A stretch of 64,000 nt of DNA, taken from the NCBI GenBank assembly GCA_041640595.1, contig JBEPZY010000003.1, positions 32,001 through 96,000 on the forward strand, read 5' to 3'. Below are positions 29,508-40,227 of this stretch, piece after piece; position 1 is the first letter of the stretch; each line of letters begins with the position of its first letter. The stretch is from Gemmatales bacterium. Lineage in GTDB: Bacteria; Planctomycetota; Planctomycetia; Gemmatales; HRBIN36. Both the position numbers and the translations under genes were made by a program. Under the pieces are notes generated by a model, which worked only from the letters and a program-made list of their open reading frames with translations, had not been told where the DNA came from and did not search any database.

Positions 29508-32408
29508 GTGGTACCGCACATTCGCCGAACCTGGCACAGTCTGCCCGTTCACGAGACCTTGCGGACGCTGGAGGTGCAGGCGGAGCAGGGTCTCAGCGAG
29601 AGCGAAGTGCGGCAACGGCAGGAATGGTTCGGCCCCAACGAGTTGGCCCCGATTCGACGGGAAACCATCGGGCACGTTGTGCTCGAAGCAGTTAGCGAAC
29701 CCATGATTTTGCTCCTGCTGGCGGTGGGCGTGTTGTATGCCTTCTGGGGAGAACCCTGGGAGACGGTCACGGTATTCGCAGTGATTGCCGTGCTGGTTGC
29801 CGTAGAAGTTTACAACGAATGGCGGGCGGAGCAGGCGTTAGCCCGGCTGAACGAACTGGCACAACCAACCGCCGTGGTAAAGCGGGACGGAAACTGGCGC
29901 GAAGTCCCCGTGGCATTGCTGGTGCCGGGCGACATTGTTTTGCTGTTAGCAGGACGGCGTGTGCCCGCTGACCTGCGGTTGCTGGAAACGCAAACTCTGG
30001 CAGTGGACGAATCCGTTTTGACTGGCGAGTCGCTGCCCGTGGAGAAAGATGCCGAGGCAATGCTTTCCGAAGTGGTGCCGCTGGCAGAACGCAAGAACCT
30101 CGCTTTTGCCGGGACTCTGGTGGTACGCGGGCGAGGTATCGGCGTGGTGGTGGCTATCGGGGCGGACACGGAATGGGGACGTCTGGCCCGGCAAACGGCC
30201 GAAATTCGCCCCCAGAGAACACCGTTACAGCAGGCAATGCGGGAATTGGCCCGCTGGACCGTCGTAGCTGCCCTGGGGTTCACTGTTCTGGCTGCGCTGC
30301 TGGCGTACTTGCGGGAACTGGCTACCGGTCGGCAAGCACTGCTCAGCGCTCTGGCGCTTGCCTTTGCCACGATTCCGGAAGAATTGCCCATCATTATCAC
30401 CATGGTGCTGGCTCTGGGTGGCTGGCGACTGGCACGACAACGGGCCATAGTCCGGCGTTTGTATGCTGTGGAAACGCTCGGTGCGGTTACCGTGATCGCC
30501 TCCGACAAAACCGGCACCATCACCGAAAATCGCATGACCGTGGCCCGGGTCGAACCCGGTGAGCGAGAACGATGGTGTCTGGAGCTGGCCGTTCTTTGCT
30601 CCGAGTCGCTTCCCACTACCGTTTCTGCCCAGCCGACCGGCCAGCGCAGCTGGTTGGGTGATCCGACCGAAGCCGCCCTGCTCGAACGTGCACAACAACT
30701 GGGCCTGTCAACGGAAACGACGCGGCGAACCGGACGGTTACGCCAGGAGTTTGGCTTCGATCCGGCCCGCAAACGCATGAGCACCGTCTGGCACATCGCA
30801 CCCGTATCGGACCAACTCTCGCTGCCAGACAGGCCGAGCTTTTTTATCGCCGTCAAAGGTGCCCCGGAGCGCGTCCTCGAAATCTGTCGCTACGAATGGA
30901 TGCAGACACCTTCGTCAGATGCGGTGGATGTGACGGGTTTCCCGTCCGTATCGGGAGACCGCGAGCGATTGCCGACCGGATCACCCGGCACAATAACGCC
31001 GTTGACGCCGCCACCGTCTCGAGAGAGCGGACCGGGCGTCGAGCCAGTACCAGGCTCGTCGAGTGCGATCGCGCCGTTGACGCAGCAACGATACCAGTTC
31101 TGGCACGGTCTGGCGGAAGAGATGGCCCAGCAGGGATTGCGGGTGCTGGCGTTTGCCTATCGCTGGACGGAACGCGAACCTCGCTCGGCAGAGGAAGCGG
31201 AAAGCGACGGTGTTTTCGTCGGACTGGTTGGCCTGGCTGACCCACCCCGGCCGGAAGTCGCCTCAGCGCTTGCCGAATGTCGTCAGGCAGGGATTCAGGT
31301 GTGGATGATCACGGGAGACCATCCGAACACAGCCCGGTACGTGGCTCGGGCAGTGGGATTTGCTGAGGACACGCCTTTGCTCACCGGCCCGGAAATAGAC
31401 GAAATGAGCGATGCGGCCTTACAGCAAGTTTTGCAACGCCCGGTGCTGGTAGCGCGAGCGACACCGACCCAGAAACTTCGGCTGGTGCAGGTAGCCCGAT
31501 CGGCTGGACAACGGGTGGCGGTAACAGGTGACGGCATCAACGATGCGCCGGCATTGCGGGCTGCGGATGTCGGCATTGCGATGGGACAGCGCGGCAGTGA
31601 TGTGGCCCGCGAAGCAGCCGATCTTATCCTGGCCGACGACAATTTTGCCACTTTGGTGCACGCCATCCGCGAGGGGCGTTTGCTTTTCGACAATCTGAGC
31701 AAAAGCGTTCGCTATTATCTGGCCTGCAAAGCCGCTCTGGTGGCGGCATGTTTGACCGGAGTCCTGGTCGGTGTGGGCATCCCTTTTCATCCGCTGCAAA
31801 TTATCCTGATGGAACTGATCATGGACCTGGCTGCTTCCGTTGCCCTGGTGGCCGAACCGCCGGAAGGTGACCTGATGCGTCGTCCGCCACGCGATCCGCA
31901 GCAACCGTTCCTGCATGGGATAGTGTTACGGGACCTGCTCGGCTCGGCGATGGCGTTGTTTCTGGTGGTGATATTGACGGTGCTGGGACTATTGGCCTGG
32001 CGAGCTTCCCAGATGGCATCAGCAACGCTCGTGCAGTCGGAGCAGGAGAACACGTGGCTGGAATACCTGACGGTATCCGCAACGGTCCGCGAGGCGGTGA
32101 TGGCGGGCAGTTTTTTCGCCTGGTTGATAGGCCATGTGCTGCTGGCCTGGGTGTTGCGCACGGATCGCACTTCGCTGGCTGAGCAGGGCTGGGCCAGTAA
32201 CCGTGCTTTGCTCATCTGGACGCTCGCCGTTATCGCTTTCGTCGTGTGGGCGTGGTTACCGATTCCGATCAGCCGCGTGTTTCTGTTGCACCACCTGACC
32301 TGGAAGGAAATGCTGGGGATTGTCGTTTTCGCCTGCGGAGTTATAGTGCTGTGGCGATGGCTTCGGTTTCGCTGGCTGGGGCACGGAGCTGCATTCGTAG
32401 CGCGGTAG
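29508..32408 (+). CDS. Cation-transporting P-type ATPase (type IIA/Ca2+-like)
   Basis: LTGES, IPEELP, DKTGT phosphorylation site, KGAPE, DPPR, MITGDH and GDGINDAPAL motifs. Confidence 0.95.
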   Translation: MVPHIRRTWHSLPVHETLRTLEVQAEQGLSESEVRQRQEWFGPNELAPIRRETIGHVVLEAVSEPMILLLLAVGVLYAFWGEPWETVTVFAVIAVLVAVEVYNEWRAEQALARLNELAQPTAVVKRDGNWREVPVALLVPGDIVLLLAGRRVPADLRLLETQTLAVDESVLTGESLPVEKDAEAMLSEVVPLAERKNLAFAGTLVVRGRGIGVVVAIGADTEWGRLARQTAEIRPQRTPLQQAMRELARWTVVAALGFTVLAALLAYLRELATGRQALLSALALAFATIPEELPIIITMVLALGGWRLARQRAIVRRLYAVETLGAVTVIASDKTGTITENRMTVARVEPGERERWCLELAVLCSESLPTTVSAQPTGQRSWLGDPTEAALLERAQQLGLSTETTRRTGRLRQEFGFDPARKRMSTVWHIAPVSDQLSLPDRPSFFIAVKGAPERVLEICRYEWMQTPSSDAVDVTGFPSVSGDRERLPTGSPGTITPLTPPPSRESGPGVEPVPGSSSAIAPLTQQRYQFWHGLAEEMAQQGLRVLAFAYRWTEREPRSAEEAESDGVFVGLVGLADPPRPEVASALAECRQAGIQVWMITGDHPNTARYVARAVGFAEDTPLLTGPEIDEMSDAALQQVLQRPVLVARATPTQKLRLVQVARSAGQRVAVTGDGINDAPALRAADVGIAMGQRGSDVAREAADLILADDNFATLVHAIREGRLLFDNLSKSVRYYLACKAALVAACLTGVLVGVGIPFHPLQIILMELIMDLAASVALVAEPPEGDLMRRPPRDPQQPFLHGIVLRDLLGSAMALFLVVILTVLGLLAWRASQMASATLVQSEQENTWLEYLTVSATVREAVMAGSFFAWLIGHVLLAWVLRTDRTSLAEQGWASNRALLIWTLAVIAFVVWAWLPIPISRVFLLHHLTWKEMLGIVVFACGVIVLWRWLRFRWLGHGAAFVAR

Positions 32409-32505
32409 GGGAATTTTGCAGGTGGGGAGATGAACCTTCAGGAAGAACGAGGCTGGGCCGGAGCATGGGAACCGTCCCTGGGGTTCGTAGCGAGGGTGGT
32501 CACGC

Positions 32506-33684
32506 ATGGCGAAAAGCTATGACCTGGTGGTCGTGGGCGGCGGCGTGATGGGATTGAGCATTGCCTGGTCGCTGGCGCGACGGGCTGTCGGACGTATTGC
32601 CCTGCTGGAAAAAGCGTACCTCGGCGCCGGGGGCAGCGGCAAATCCGGGGCGATCGTTCGCCAGCATTATTCCAACCCGTTCACAGCCCAGCTGGCACGA
32701 ATGAGCCTGCAGACGTATGAGCAGTTCGATCAAATTGTGGGTGGCCCACCCGTCTTCACCCGCACCGGTTTGGCCATCGTCGTGCCGCAGCAGGACCTGC
32801 CTGCCTTACAGGCAAATGTGCAGATGCAGCAGGGGCTGGGGATTGATGTGCACCTGGTTTCGGCCCAGGAACTGGCGCAACTGGATCCCAATGTCCATCT
32901 GGGCGAGGACGAAGTGGCAGCGTGGGAATCCGAAGCCGGTTTTGTAGATGCCATTCAGGTACTATCCTCTTATGCTCAGGCGGCCCAGCGCGAAGGGGTG
33001 GAAATCCTGGAAGGCGTGGAAGTGCGGGAATTGACCGTGCAGCACGGCAAACTGACCGGACTGGTGGTCAACGAAGGGCGAATTGCCTGTGGCACGGCCG
33101 TGCTGGCGGTCGGGCCCTGGATTGGTCGGCTGGCCAGGTCGCTTCAGCTGGAGGTTCCCGTACAACCGTCGCGGACGCAGGTGGCCCTGTTTCGCCGGCC
33201 TCCCGAACTGAGCCGACGTTTGGCTACGTGTGTGGATTTTCACGGCCAGATTTATTTCCGAGCCGCTGCCGGCGAATTTTTGCATGTCGGCAGTATTGCC
33301 GGGGAGGAGGCCAACAGTCCCGTGGACCCGGACCGTTACCCGGAGTCGGCCGACAGTGCCTGGTTACCGGAGATCCGCCAGCGTTTGCAGCGTCGCTGTC
33401 CGGCCATGCATCGCAGTTACGGCCGGGGCGGGTACGCGGCACTGTACGACATCACGCCCGACTGGCACCCGATTCTGGATCGCTGTCCGCAGGCCGACGG
33501 AGTGTACCTGGCGGTGGGGTTCAGCGGCCACGGTTTCAAATTCGCACCGCTGATCGGCCAGCTTATGGCCGAATTGATCGTGGATGGTCAATTCCGCACT
33601 CTGGACGCGCGCGTCTTTCGGCTGAGTCGGTTTGCTGAAGGCGACCTGGTCAAAAGCGGCTACGCTTACGGTGTTATGGGGTAG
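32506..33684 (+). CDS. FAD-dependent oxidoreductase (DadA/sarcosine oxidase beta family)
   Basis: VVVGGGVMG Rossmann motif, GAGGSGKSGAIVR, YDITPDWHPIL and GFSGHGFKFAP. Confidence 0.92.
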   Translation: MAKSYDLVVVGGGVMGLSIAWSLARRAVGRIALLEKAYLGAGGSGKSGAIVRQHYSNPFTAQLARMSLQTYEQFDQIVGGPPVFTRTGLAIVVPQQDLPALQANVQMQQGLGIDVHLVSAQELAQLDPNVHLGEDEVAAWESEAGFVDAIQVLSSYAQAAQREGVEILEGVEVRELTVQHGKLTGLVVNEGRIACGTAVLAVGPWIGRLARSLQLEVPVQPSRTQVALFRRPPELSRRLATCVDFHGQIYFRAAAGEFLHVGSIAGEEANSPVDPDRYPESADSAWLPEIRQRLQRRCPAMHRSYGRGGYAALYDITPDWHPILDRCPQADGVYLAVGFSGHGFKFAPLIGQLMAELIVDGQFRTLDARVFRLSRFAEGDLVKSGYAYGVMG

Positions 33685-36600
33685 TCGCTGAAGTGCGTCC
33701 GCCAGGCAGCCGGGTTATGTCCGCACCCACGCCGCGTAGTTCGGCCGGCAGTGTAGCCGGGTCCGGCTGAAATTCGCTCGCTTCCACTTCCTTGAAATCT
33801 CGTTCGCCCGCACGGAAACCCTGCCAGCGAAACTCCCGCAGGAAACGTACTTCATCCGAACTGGTGCCCCAGAAATTGCACCATTCGGCCCGATCTGGCG
33901 GTAACCGCGTCATCATTGTCTGAGGTTGCCTGGTTTGCCAGAGCAGAGCCGGCCCAGCTAGACTGAACACGTTAGGCTTGTCCGACTGGCCGGTCCAGCT
34001 CAACCAGTTGCGGCGAAGTTCCAGTTCGCTCTGCGGGCCGTCTATGCGGACTAAGGGCTCCGTCGCCGAGACCGTCACCAGCAGCGAACTGGTGATCTGC
34101 CAGCGTAACAGAATCGGCTGAGCGTTCTCCTTGACGGCCTGGAGGTGAACGACCGGCTCACTACTGCACAGGGTGACGTGATCCAGAGTGCCGACGATTT
34201 GTTCGTTGAATGCGAGCATTTCGGTTCGCTGCGTATCCATGCGCAGGAACGGGGCTTGCAACGCGGCCAGGACGTTGTGGACGGTGAAGCGCAAAGGTCG
34301 GCTCTCCTGAATGTAAATCCCGACCCCGGAGCCGCGGATAAAACAATCTTCCAGAAACACCTGGGGTGGGTCATCGGAACGGGATGGTTTGCCGGGTGTC
34401 GGAGCCATAGTGCCTGTGGGATCGGTAACCGCTACCAGGGCCAGGTTCGGTTCGCCCTCGAAGCCGGCCAGAGTGACCCTGCAATTACGCACCTGGCAGC
34501 TTCCCGCACCGGTCAGATTGACAGCTGCCTGCCAGCGTACACCGCTGGTGGGCAGGGGTTGTAACCGCAAGTGCAAGCCTTCCAGCACCAGCTGGCCGTC
34601 ATGCACACGGAAAAGCGATACCATCTGGTTCGACTCCGGAATCCGTTCCGGATGGAACATGAGCTCCGGCGTAAAGCCATCCGCGGATCGCACCGTCACC
34701 TGCCGATTGCCAACCACATCCAGCAAAGAGCGAACCATGAGCGGCCCGTTCACCCTGAGCGTGATGATGATATTTCCGCTTTCGGCTGCCGCTGAGTTCA
34801 ACGCGCTGGACAGACTGTCAAAGGTGTCGGGCTTGCCCCCTTTACCATCTACCACCAGGTGCCTGGCCGACAGTTTGTTCAGCGATGTTTGAGCCGGCGC
34901 CAGTTCTTCGTACAGTTCCCGCCCTAACAATTTCTGCACGCCGAGCACAATCTGGGGGTCATCCGCATCACGCAGTTCCACGACATCGGTGCGGATTTGG
35001 AAGGCTTTGAGCCAGTCACCGGTGCCTGGTTTGAGTTCCGGCGGAGCGTCATTCCACGGCGGGGCTTTCAGCAGAACACATTGTTCTTCGCTGAGGGAGA
35101 CCGGGTCGGCCCGCCAGGAACGCAATTGTGGCAACAAGGTTTCGCCAGCAGTGCCACCCAGTGGTAATCCGAATGTTTCCGATCGGCGAACCACAAAAGG
35201 CTCGATACGATACAAAGCGCAGCGTTGCAATTGCAGGTCGAGCTTTTCCTCGCGTCGTTGGGATTCCAGCCGACGCCACTCCAGCATCACTGCCGGTTGC
35301 TCTCCGCTCACCTGCGCAAGGATGCAACGCCTGAGATGGACATTCCATGCCGGGCCACCGTAAAACAGCATGGCAGGTCCCGATGCCAGCCACCAGGTGC
35401 AATGCTGCAACGAGAATTCACCGGTTACGCCCCGTTTCTTCTCCGACTCGGAGGCGGCAGGACTGTTTGCTGATGCGACTTCCTCGCCGAACGTGGAAAC
35501 TGACGGTTCGGGCATCGTTTGGGAAGTTTGGAACACTACGGGCGTCGGTGCAGGTCCCAGACCGCAATGCTCCAGGGAAATCTGAGCGGGGCTGGCGAGG
35601 CGGAAGAGTGACACACTGCTGACAAGAACACTGCGATACAGGGAAATCTTCCGCGGCCTATCGTTGTTGCCGGCTACCAGGAAGACGCTCGCGCTGTCGT
35701 CGCCGGAAGACCCTTCCACTTCGATCTCGCAATCGTGCAGTTCCAGCTGGCCCTGGAGCACCTGAAACATCGCCACCTGGGCTTGCGCAGACGGCAAACG
35801 CAACAATAGCCGCACGCGTCGCAGGGTCACAATCCCGCCGTGCAATTGCCAGACTGCCAGCGCTTGTTCCGGAAGTTCGCCGGCAGTCAGATCGAGCACC
35901 AAAGTGGGACGCCGATCGCCGGCCGGCTCCAGAGTCACCTGACCGCGTCCCAGACGAAGCCAGGCCCCTTCGACGGCCTGCAGTTGGTGCAAATAGTAAT
36001 GATCAGCGTTCAAGCGAAGCTGCGACCATTTATTCGTGCGGTCGGTGTCGGCAATCGCATCCCGCAATTCGCTGGCATCTTTCACTTCCTTGATTACAGG
36101 TTCCTGGACAACAGCGGTGCCGGAGTCGTTCGGGCCTGTAGCTGCCGGCGGTGTAGTCACAACTGCGGATGGGTTCGGGAACCCAGGCCCCTGAGCCTGG
36201 TTGTCGGGTGTGGCCAGTTCGGAGGGATTTCCGGAACCGGATTCGTCAGGAATCGGGGAGCGGTGGGATTCCAGCCAGCTCGCCACGGCTACGCCACAGA
36301 TCACCGCGAGTGCGGCCAGCCAGGCGAAACTGCCGCGATATTTCTGCCCCGACAATCGCTGCAAAGCTGGTCGGCTACCCGTCCGGCGGCGATTCTGCGA
36401 CCATTCCTGCAGAACCGTCTGCAAATCCTCGACCAGTTCCTGCGGATGCTGATAACGTTTGTGCGGTTCTTTCGCCAGCATGCGGCCGAGAATCAGCACC
36501 AGTTCCCGCGGAATTTCGGGATTGTAATAACGCGGGTCAACAGGCCTTTCGTTTTGATGGAAATGCAGCTTCCGGGCCGCTGTTCCTTCGGGCGTTGGGG

Positions 36601-37621
36601 GCCGACCCGTCAGCATGTGGTAAAATGTGCATCCCAGCGAATAAATGTCGCTGCGTGTGTCTGCCAGACGCGGATCGAGCGCTTGCTCCGGCGAGATGTA
36701 ATCGAAGGTGCCCAGGGTGGCTCCCGACTGCGTGAGTTCCGCAGCGCTGGGTTCCAGGGTGCGTGCCAGGCCCATGTCGATCAGTTTCACAACACCGGAA
36801 GCGGTAACAATAATGTTGGACGGTTTGATGTCGCGATGCACCACGCCACGTTCTGCCGCATGCGCCAGACCCCGGGCTACCTGTAGGACGTATTGCGTGG
36901 CTTCCGGTACGGGAATCCGGCCACGTCGGGCGATCATGTCCCGGAGATTTTCTCCTTCCACGTACTCGAAAGCGATGAAGTGCAGGCCCTGGTCTTCGCC
37001 GCAGTAATAAACGCGGGCAATGTTTTCGTGATCGAGTCGGGCAGCAGCGCGGGCCTCGCGTTCAAAACGCCGCACCTGATCGGGATCGGCTGCCGATTGT
37101 GGCGGCAGAATCTTCAACGCGACCACGCGATCGAGCTGGGTGTCGCGGGCGCGGATCACTGCTGCCATGCCACCGACGCCGATCGGTTCTTCCAGTTCGA
37201 AATGGGCGAGTCGGCGACCGCGAATGTTGACGGTGGCCGGCGAACGATTCGCCGAACTGCCGGTTCCCGTTGCCCCTTCCCGCCCACCATCTTCCGCCGG
37301 AGGTGGCCCGGAAATGATCGTGGGAGCATCGTCCGACACGGACAGGCTCACGGCGACCTCTTCCCCGGCCGAAGACTGGGACTGCGGATGCTGATCGGGT
37401 GCCGAGCCGGAAGCGTTTGCTCCGGTCGGTGGGGCAACGCCGGCCCCTGCAGCAGGCTGAACCGACCCGGCAGGATTAGCGGATGACCCAGCTTCAGATG
37501 GCGGCAACACTTCGGGCGAACAGGGTTGCTGGATCGTGCTGGGTTCGTCCGCGTGCATAGGGCGGTTGGTACGGCCATCCTGGCCCAGATTCGCCTGATT
37601 CTCCCTGGCCGATTCGCTCAT
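33674..37621 (-). CDS. Membrane Ser/Thr protein kinase with large extracytoplasmic (beta-helix-like) region
   Basis: IGVGGMAAV, VALK, RFEREARAAARLDHENI, HRDIKPSN, DMG and GTFDYISPEQ motifs. TM FAWLAALAVICGVAVASW, followed by two beta-rich repeats. Confidence 0.93.
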   Translation of the reverse strand: MSESARENQANLGQDGRTNRPMHADEPSTIQQPCSPEVLPPSEAGSSANPAGSVQPAAGAGVAPPTGANASGSAPDQHPQSQSSAGEEVAVSLSVSDDAPTIISGPPPAEDGGREGATGTGSSANRSPATVNIRGRRLAHFELEEPIGVGGMAAVIRARDTQLDRVVALKILPPQSAADPDQVRRFEREARAAARLDHENIARVYYCGEDQGLHFIAFEYVEGENLRDMIARRGRIPVPEATQYVLQVARGLAHAAERGVVHRDIKPSNIIVTASGVVKLIDMGLARTLEPSAAELTQSGATLGTFDYISPEQALDPRLADTRSDIYSLGCTFYHMLTGRPPTPEGTAARKLHFHQNERPVDPRYYNPEIPRELVLILGRMLAKEPHKRYQHPQELVEDLQTVLQEWSQNRRRTGSRPALQRLSGQKYRGSFAWLAALAVICGVAVASWLESHRSPIPDESGSGNPSELATPDNQAQGPGFPNPSAVVTTPPAATGPNDSGTAVVQEPVIKEVKDASELRDAIADTDRTNKWSQLRLNADHYYLHQLQAVEGAWLRLGRGQVTLEPAGDRRPTLVLDLTAGELPEQALAVWQLHGGIVTLRRVRLLLRLPSAQAQVAMFQVLQGQLELHDCEIEVEGSSGDDSASVFLVAGNNDRPRKISLYRSVLVSSVSLFRLASPAQISLEHCGLGPAPTPVVFQTSQTMPEPSVSTFGEEVASANSPAASESEKKRGVTGEFSLQHCTWWLASGPAMLFYGGPAWNVHLRRCILAQVSGEQPAVMLEWRRLESQRREEKLDLQLQRCALYRIEPFVVRRSETFGLPLGGTAGETLLPQLRSWRADPVSLSEEQCVLLKAPPWNDAPPELKPGTGDWLKAFQIRTDVVELRDADDPQIVLGVQKLLGRELYEELAPAQTSLNKLSARHLVVDGKGGKPDTFDSLSSALNSAAAESGNIIITLRVNGPLMVRSLLDVVGNRQVTVRSADGFTPELMFHPERIPESNQMVSLFRVHDGQLVLEGLHLRLQPLPTSGVRWQAAVNLTGAGSCQVRNCRVTLAGFEGEPNLALVAVTDPTGTMAPTPGKPSRSDDPPQVFLEDCFIRGSGVGIYIQESRPLRFTVHNVLAALQAPFLRMDTQRTEMLAFNEQIVGTLDHVTLCSSEPVVHLQAVKENAQPILLRWQITSSLLVTVSATEPLVRIDGPQSELELRRNWLSWTGQSDKPNVFSLAGPALLWQTRQPQTMMTRLPPDRAEWCNFWGTSSDEVRFLREFRWQGFRAGERDFKEVEASEFQPDPATLPAELRGVGADITRLPGGRTSATTP

Positions 37622-37814
37622 GGCTCACCCGATTGGCCTGTTCATGGTTTCGATTTGCGCCGCTGAGCCAATCCGATACCGACAATGACCTGGCGCCGGG
37701 AGCCGCAGAAGGAGCAAACTGACCGCCTGCCATGCCTCCCGGCCCGACTATTCCATTTTAGCCTCAAACCGCCTCGCCTGGTACCCACAATTAAGACGCA
37801 CCACAACGCTCGCC

Positions 37815-38073
37815 CTCACCACGCCTTGCGACCCACACCGCACCCGCCAGCATTCCACCCGCGCCGGGACCCACATTTGGACAGACTCACCACGCCTTGC
37901 GACGCACGCTGGACCCGCCAGCGTATTCTGTTCCCAACGGCAATAAACTGTTGGGGTCGCATCGGCTGAGCGTGATCACCGCTTTTAGCCAATCCTTGCG
38001 GCATTTTGTTTAGGTTGGGCTCAAGGCGACAAAAACCGGTCCACGAGAGTCGCTTTTAGCCAATCTTTGTGGC
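37815..38073. repeat. Two adjacent direct-repeat pairs, each with period 71 bp
   Basis: CTCACCACGCCTTGCGAC at 37815 and 37886. CGCTTTTAGCCAATC(C/T)TTG(C/T)GGC at 37980 and 38051. Confidence 0.85.
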
Positions 38074-38212
38074 CTCCTGGTCAGGGACGCCTTTTCCGGC
38101 AGCATCCCCGCTATTCAGCGCGGGGGACCCTTGAGAAATGGCGGAGTTTTCGTATGAGTATGTGTATGGGATGACCCGTTTTTGGCAGCGACCTGGCTTG
38201 CAGGAGGCAATC

Positions 38213-38956
38213 GTGAAAACGGCCCATCGCAAAGAACTGGAGACGAACTATCTCGCCGATCAGCTCAACCGACTCGTCGAGGGCAGGAATCCGCACGCCC
38301 CGGTCTGGCTGGCCATCTTGTTGGTGGGAGGGCTGGTGGCTCTCGGTTACTGGGCTATCTCACGCCAGACCCAGTTACGAGTGAGTCTGGCCTGGCAGGA
38401 ACTCGCACGCGAGACCGGCCAGAGAACCGACACACCGCAGGTAACCGCCGAGGACATGAAAAGTCTGGCCGAGCGACTGCGGGGTACACCGGTTGTGCTG
38501 GCGGCACGATTTGCTCAAGCCTGCAGCGAACTGGAACTGGCCCTGCGCCAGATTCACGATCGCGCTTCTGCCGAGAGGCATCTGGAGCTGGCTGAGAAGA
38601 TCTTTCGCTCACTTCTTGCCGAGACCGCATTGCCTTCGGAATTGCGGCTCCGCTGCCAGCTGGGACTGGCCCAGCTTGCCGAGATTCGCTACTGGCTCGA
38701 CCAGGCTCAACTCGATCCCGATAAGCGAAAACAACGCTTGCAGGCAGTCATCGCTTCGTACCAGGAAGCATTGAACACGCCGGGAGTCGAACTGCGTTTA
38801 GCGGATGGCCGGATGCATCCGTTGCTCGAGCATTGTCAGGAACGCATCCGCCGGCTTCAGGACGATCAGGTCGCCGACCTGACTTTGCTGCGTTTGTCGG
38901 AATCTGCCCCACCGCCTGGCACTTCCGCCAGCCCGTCAGCGACTCCGCCGCGGTAA
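38213..38956 (+). CDS. Membrane-anchored TPR/YfgM-like helical protein
   Basis: GTG start after GGAGG, MKTAHRKELETNYLAD N-terminus, one TM, then helical repeats. Confidence 0.7.
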   Translation: MKTAHRKELETNYLADQLNRLVEGRNPHAPVWLAILLVGGLVALGYWAISRQTQLRVSLAWQELARETGQRTDTPQVTAEDMKSLAERLRGTPVVLAARFAQACSELELALRQIHDRASAERHLELAEKIFRSLLAETALPSELRLRCQLGLAQLAEIRYWLDQAQLDPDKRKQRLQAVIASYQEALNTPGVELRLADGRMHPLLEHCQERIRRLQDDQVADLTLLRLSESAPPPGTSASPSATPPR

Positions 38957-39120
38957 AATAATGTTGGCCGCCGTGCAATCAGGATGGCCCCGCGGGTTTT
39001 CCTGACCGTCTTTTTTCGGGGACTGGCGTCAAGCGATGGCCGTGTGAAATTCAGCCGCTTTTGTCCCGTAGTCATCTGAGCGCAGGAATGGCATGATTCG
39101 TCTGGACGCTGTGGTGGTCT

Positions 39121-40227
39121 ATGGCAGAGGTCATTCAGCAGAGCAACGGTCGGCGAGTCGTCGAATTAACTTTGCGACATCGTCCGGAAGTGCGTCGGCT
39201 CGATCAATTCCTGGCTTCCGCCTTGCCCGGATTCAGTCGCTCGGCCCTGCAGCGCGCCATCGAACTGGGCGAAGTAACCGTAAATGGCCAGCCCGCTAAA
39301 GCCAGTTACAAATTGCGGGAAGGGGATCACCTGCGCGTCCTCCTTCCCGAACCGCCACACGTCGAGGCTGTTCCCGAAAATATTCCCCTCGACATCCTTT
39401 ACGAAGACGAATACCTGGCGGCCATCAACAAGCCACCCGGCCTGGTCGTTCATCCCGCTCCAGGACACTGGCGAGGCACCCTCGTCAACGCCCTGGTCTA
39501 TCATTTCGGTCAACTCAGCGGTGTTCATGGCCCGTCCCGTCCCGGTGTCGTTCACCGACTCGACCGCGATACCAGCGGTGTCATTCTCGTGGCCAAACAG
39601 GAACAGGCACACCGCGAGCTTTCCGCTCAATTCCAGCGGCGTGAAGTGTACAAAGAGTACCTGGCCATCGTACACGGCGAAATAGACCGCGACAGTGATT
39701 ACATCGAAGCTGCCATCGGCCGACATCCCCACGATCGCTTGCGGATGACCACCTATGAGGAACCGGACGAGGACGAGAATATCCGCGATGCCTGCACGTT
39801 CTACGAGGTTTTAGAGCGCTTCCGGGGTTACACCTACGTTCGCTGCCTGCCCCGCACCGGACGCACTCATCAAATTCGCGTGCACCTCGCCCATATCGGA
39901 CATCCCATCGTGGCCGACAAGGATTACAGCACGCGCGGCGAACTCTGGCTGAGCCAGCTATTACCAGAAGCTGGCCGACCGCGCTCCACTCCCGCCTCCG
40001 CAGGCCGCGACGAAATTGCTCATTCCCGCCCCGCAGAAAACATCGCTACATCTTCGCCTGCCACCGACTCGACCGGAGATCATCTGCTGGCCAATCGGCA
40101 ACTGCTGCACGCTCACCGCTTGCGTTTGCGCCATCCCATAACGGGACGCGACCTGGAATTCGTCGCCCCCGTCCCGGCCGACTTCCAGACCACCCTGTCC
40201 GCCCTCCGCCACTACCGCCCGCTGTGA
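39121..40227 (+). CDS. rluD: RluA-family pseudouridine synthase with S4 domain (RluD)
   Basis: RLDQFLA (S4), NKPPGLVVHP, VHRLDRDTSG (catalytic Asp), TGRTHQIRVHLAHIGHPIVAD and RQLLHA motifs. Confidence 0.93.
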   Translation: MAEVIQQSNGRRVVELTLRHRPEVRRLDQFLASALPGFSRSALQRAIELGEVTVNGQPAKASYKLREGDHLRVLLPEPPHVEAVPENIPLDILYEDEYLAAINKPPGLVVHPAPGHWRGTLVNALVYHFGQLSGVHGPSRPGVVHRLDRDTSGVILVAKQEQAHRELSAQFQRREVYKEYLAIVHGEIDRDSDYIEAAIGRHPHDRLRMTTYEEPDEDENIRDACTFYEVLERFRGYTYVRCLPRTGRTHQIRVHLAHIGHPIVADKDYSTRGELWLSQLLPEAGRPRSTPASAGRDEIAHSRPAENIATSSPATDSTGDHLLANRQLLHAHRLRLRHPITGRDLEFVAPVPADFQTTLSALRHYRPL

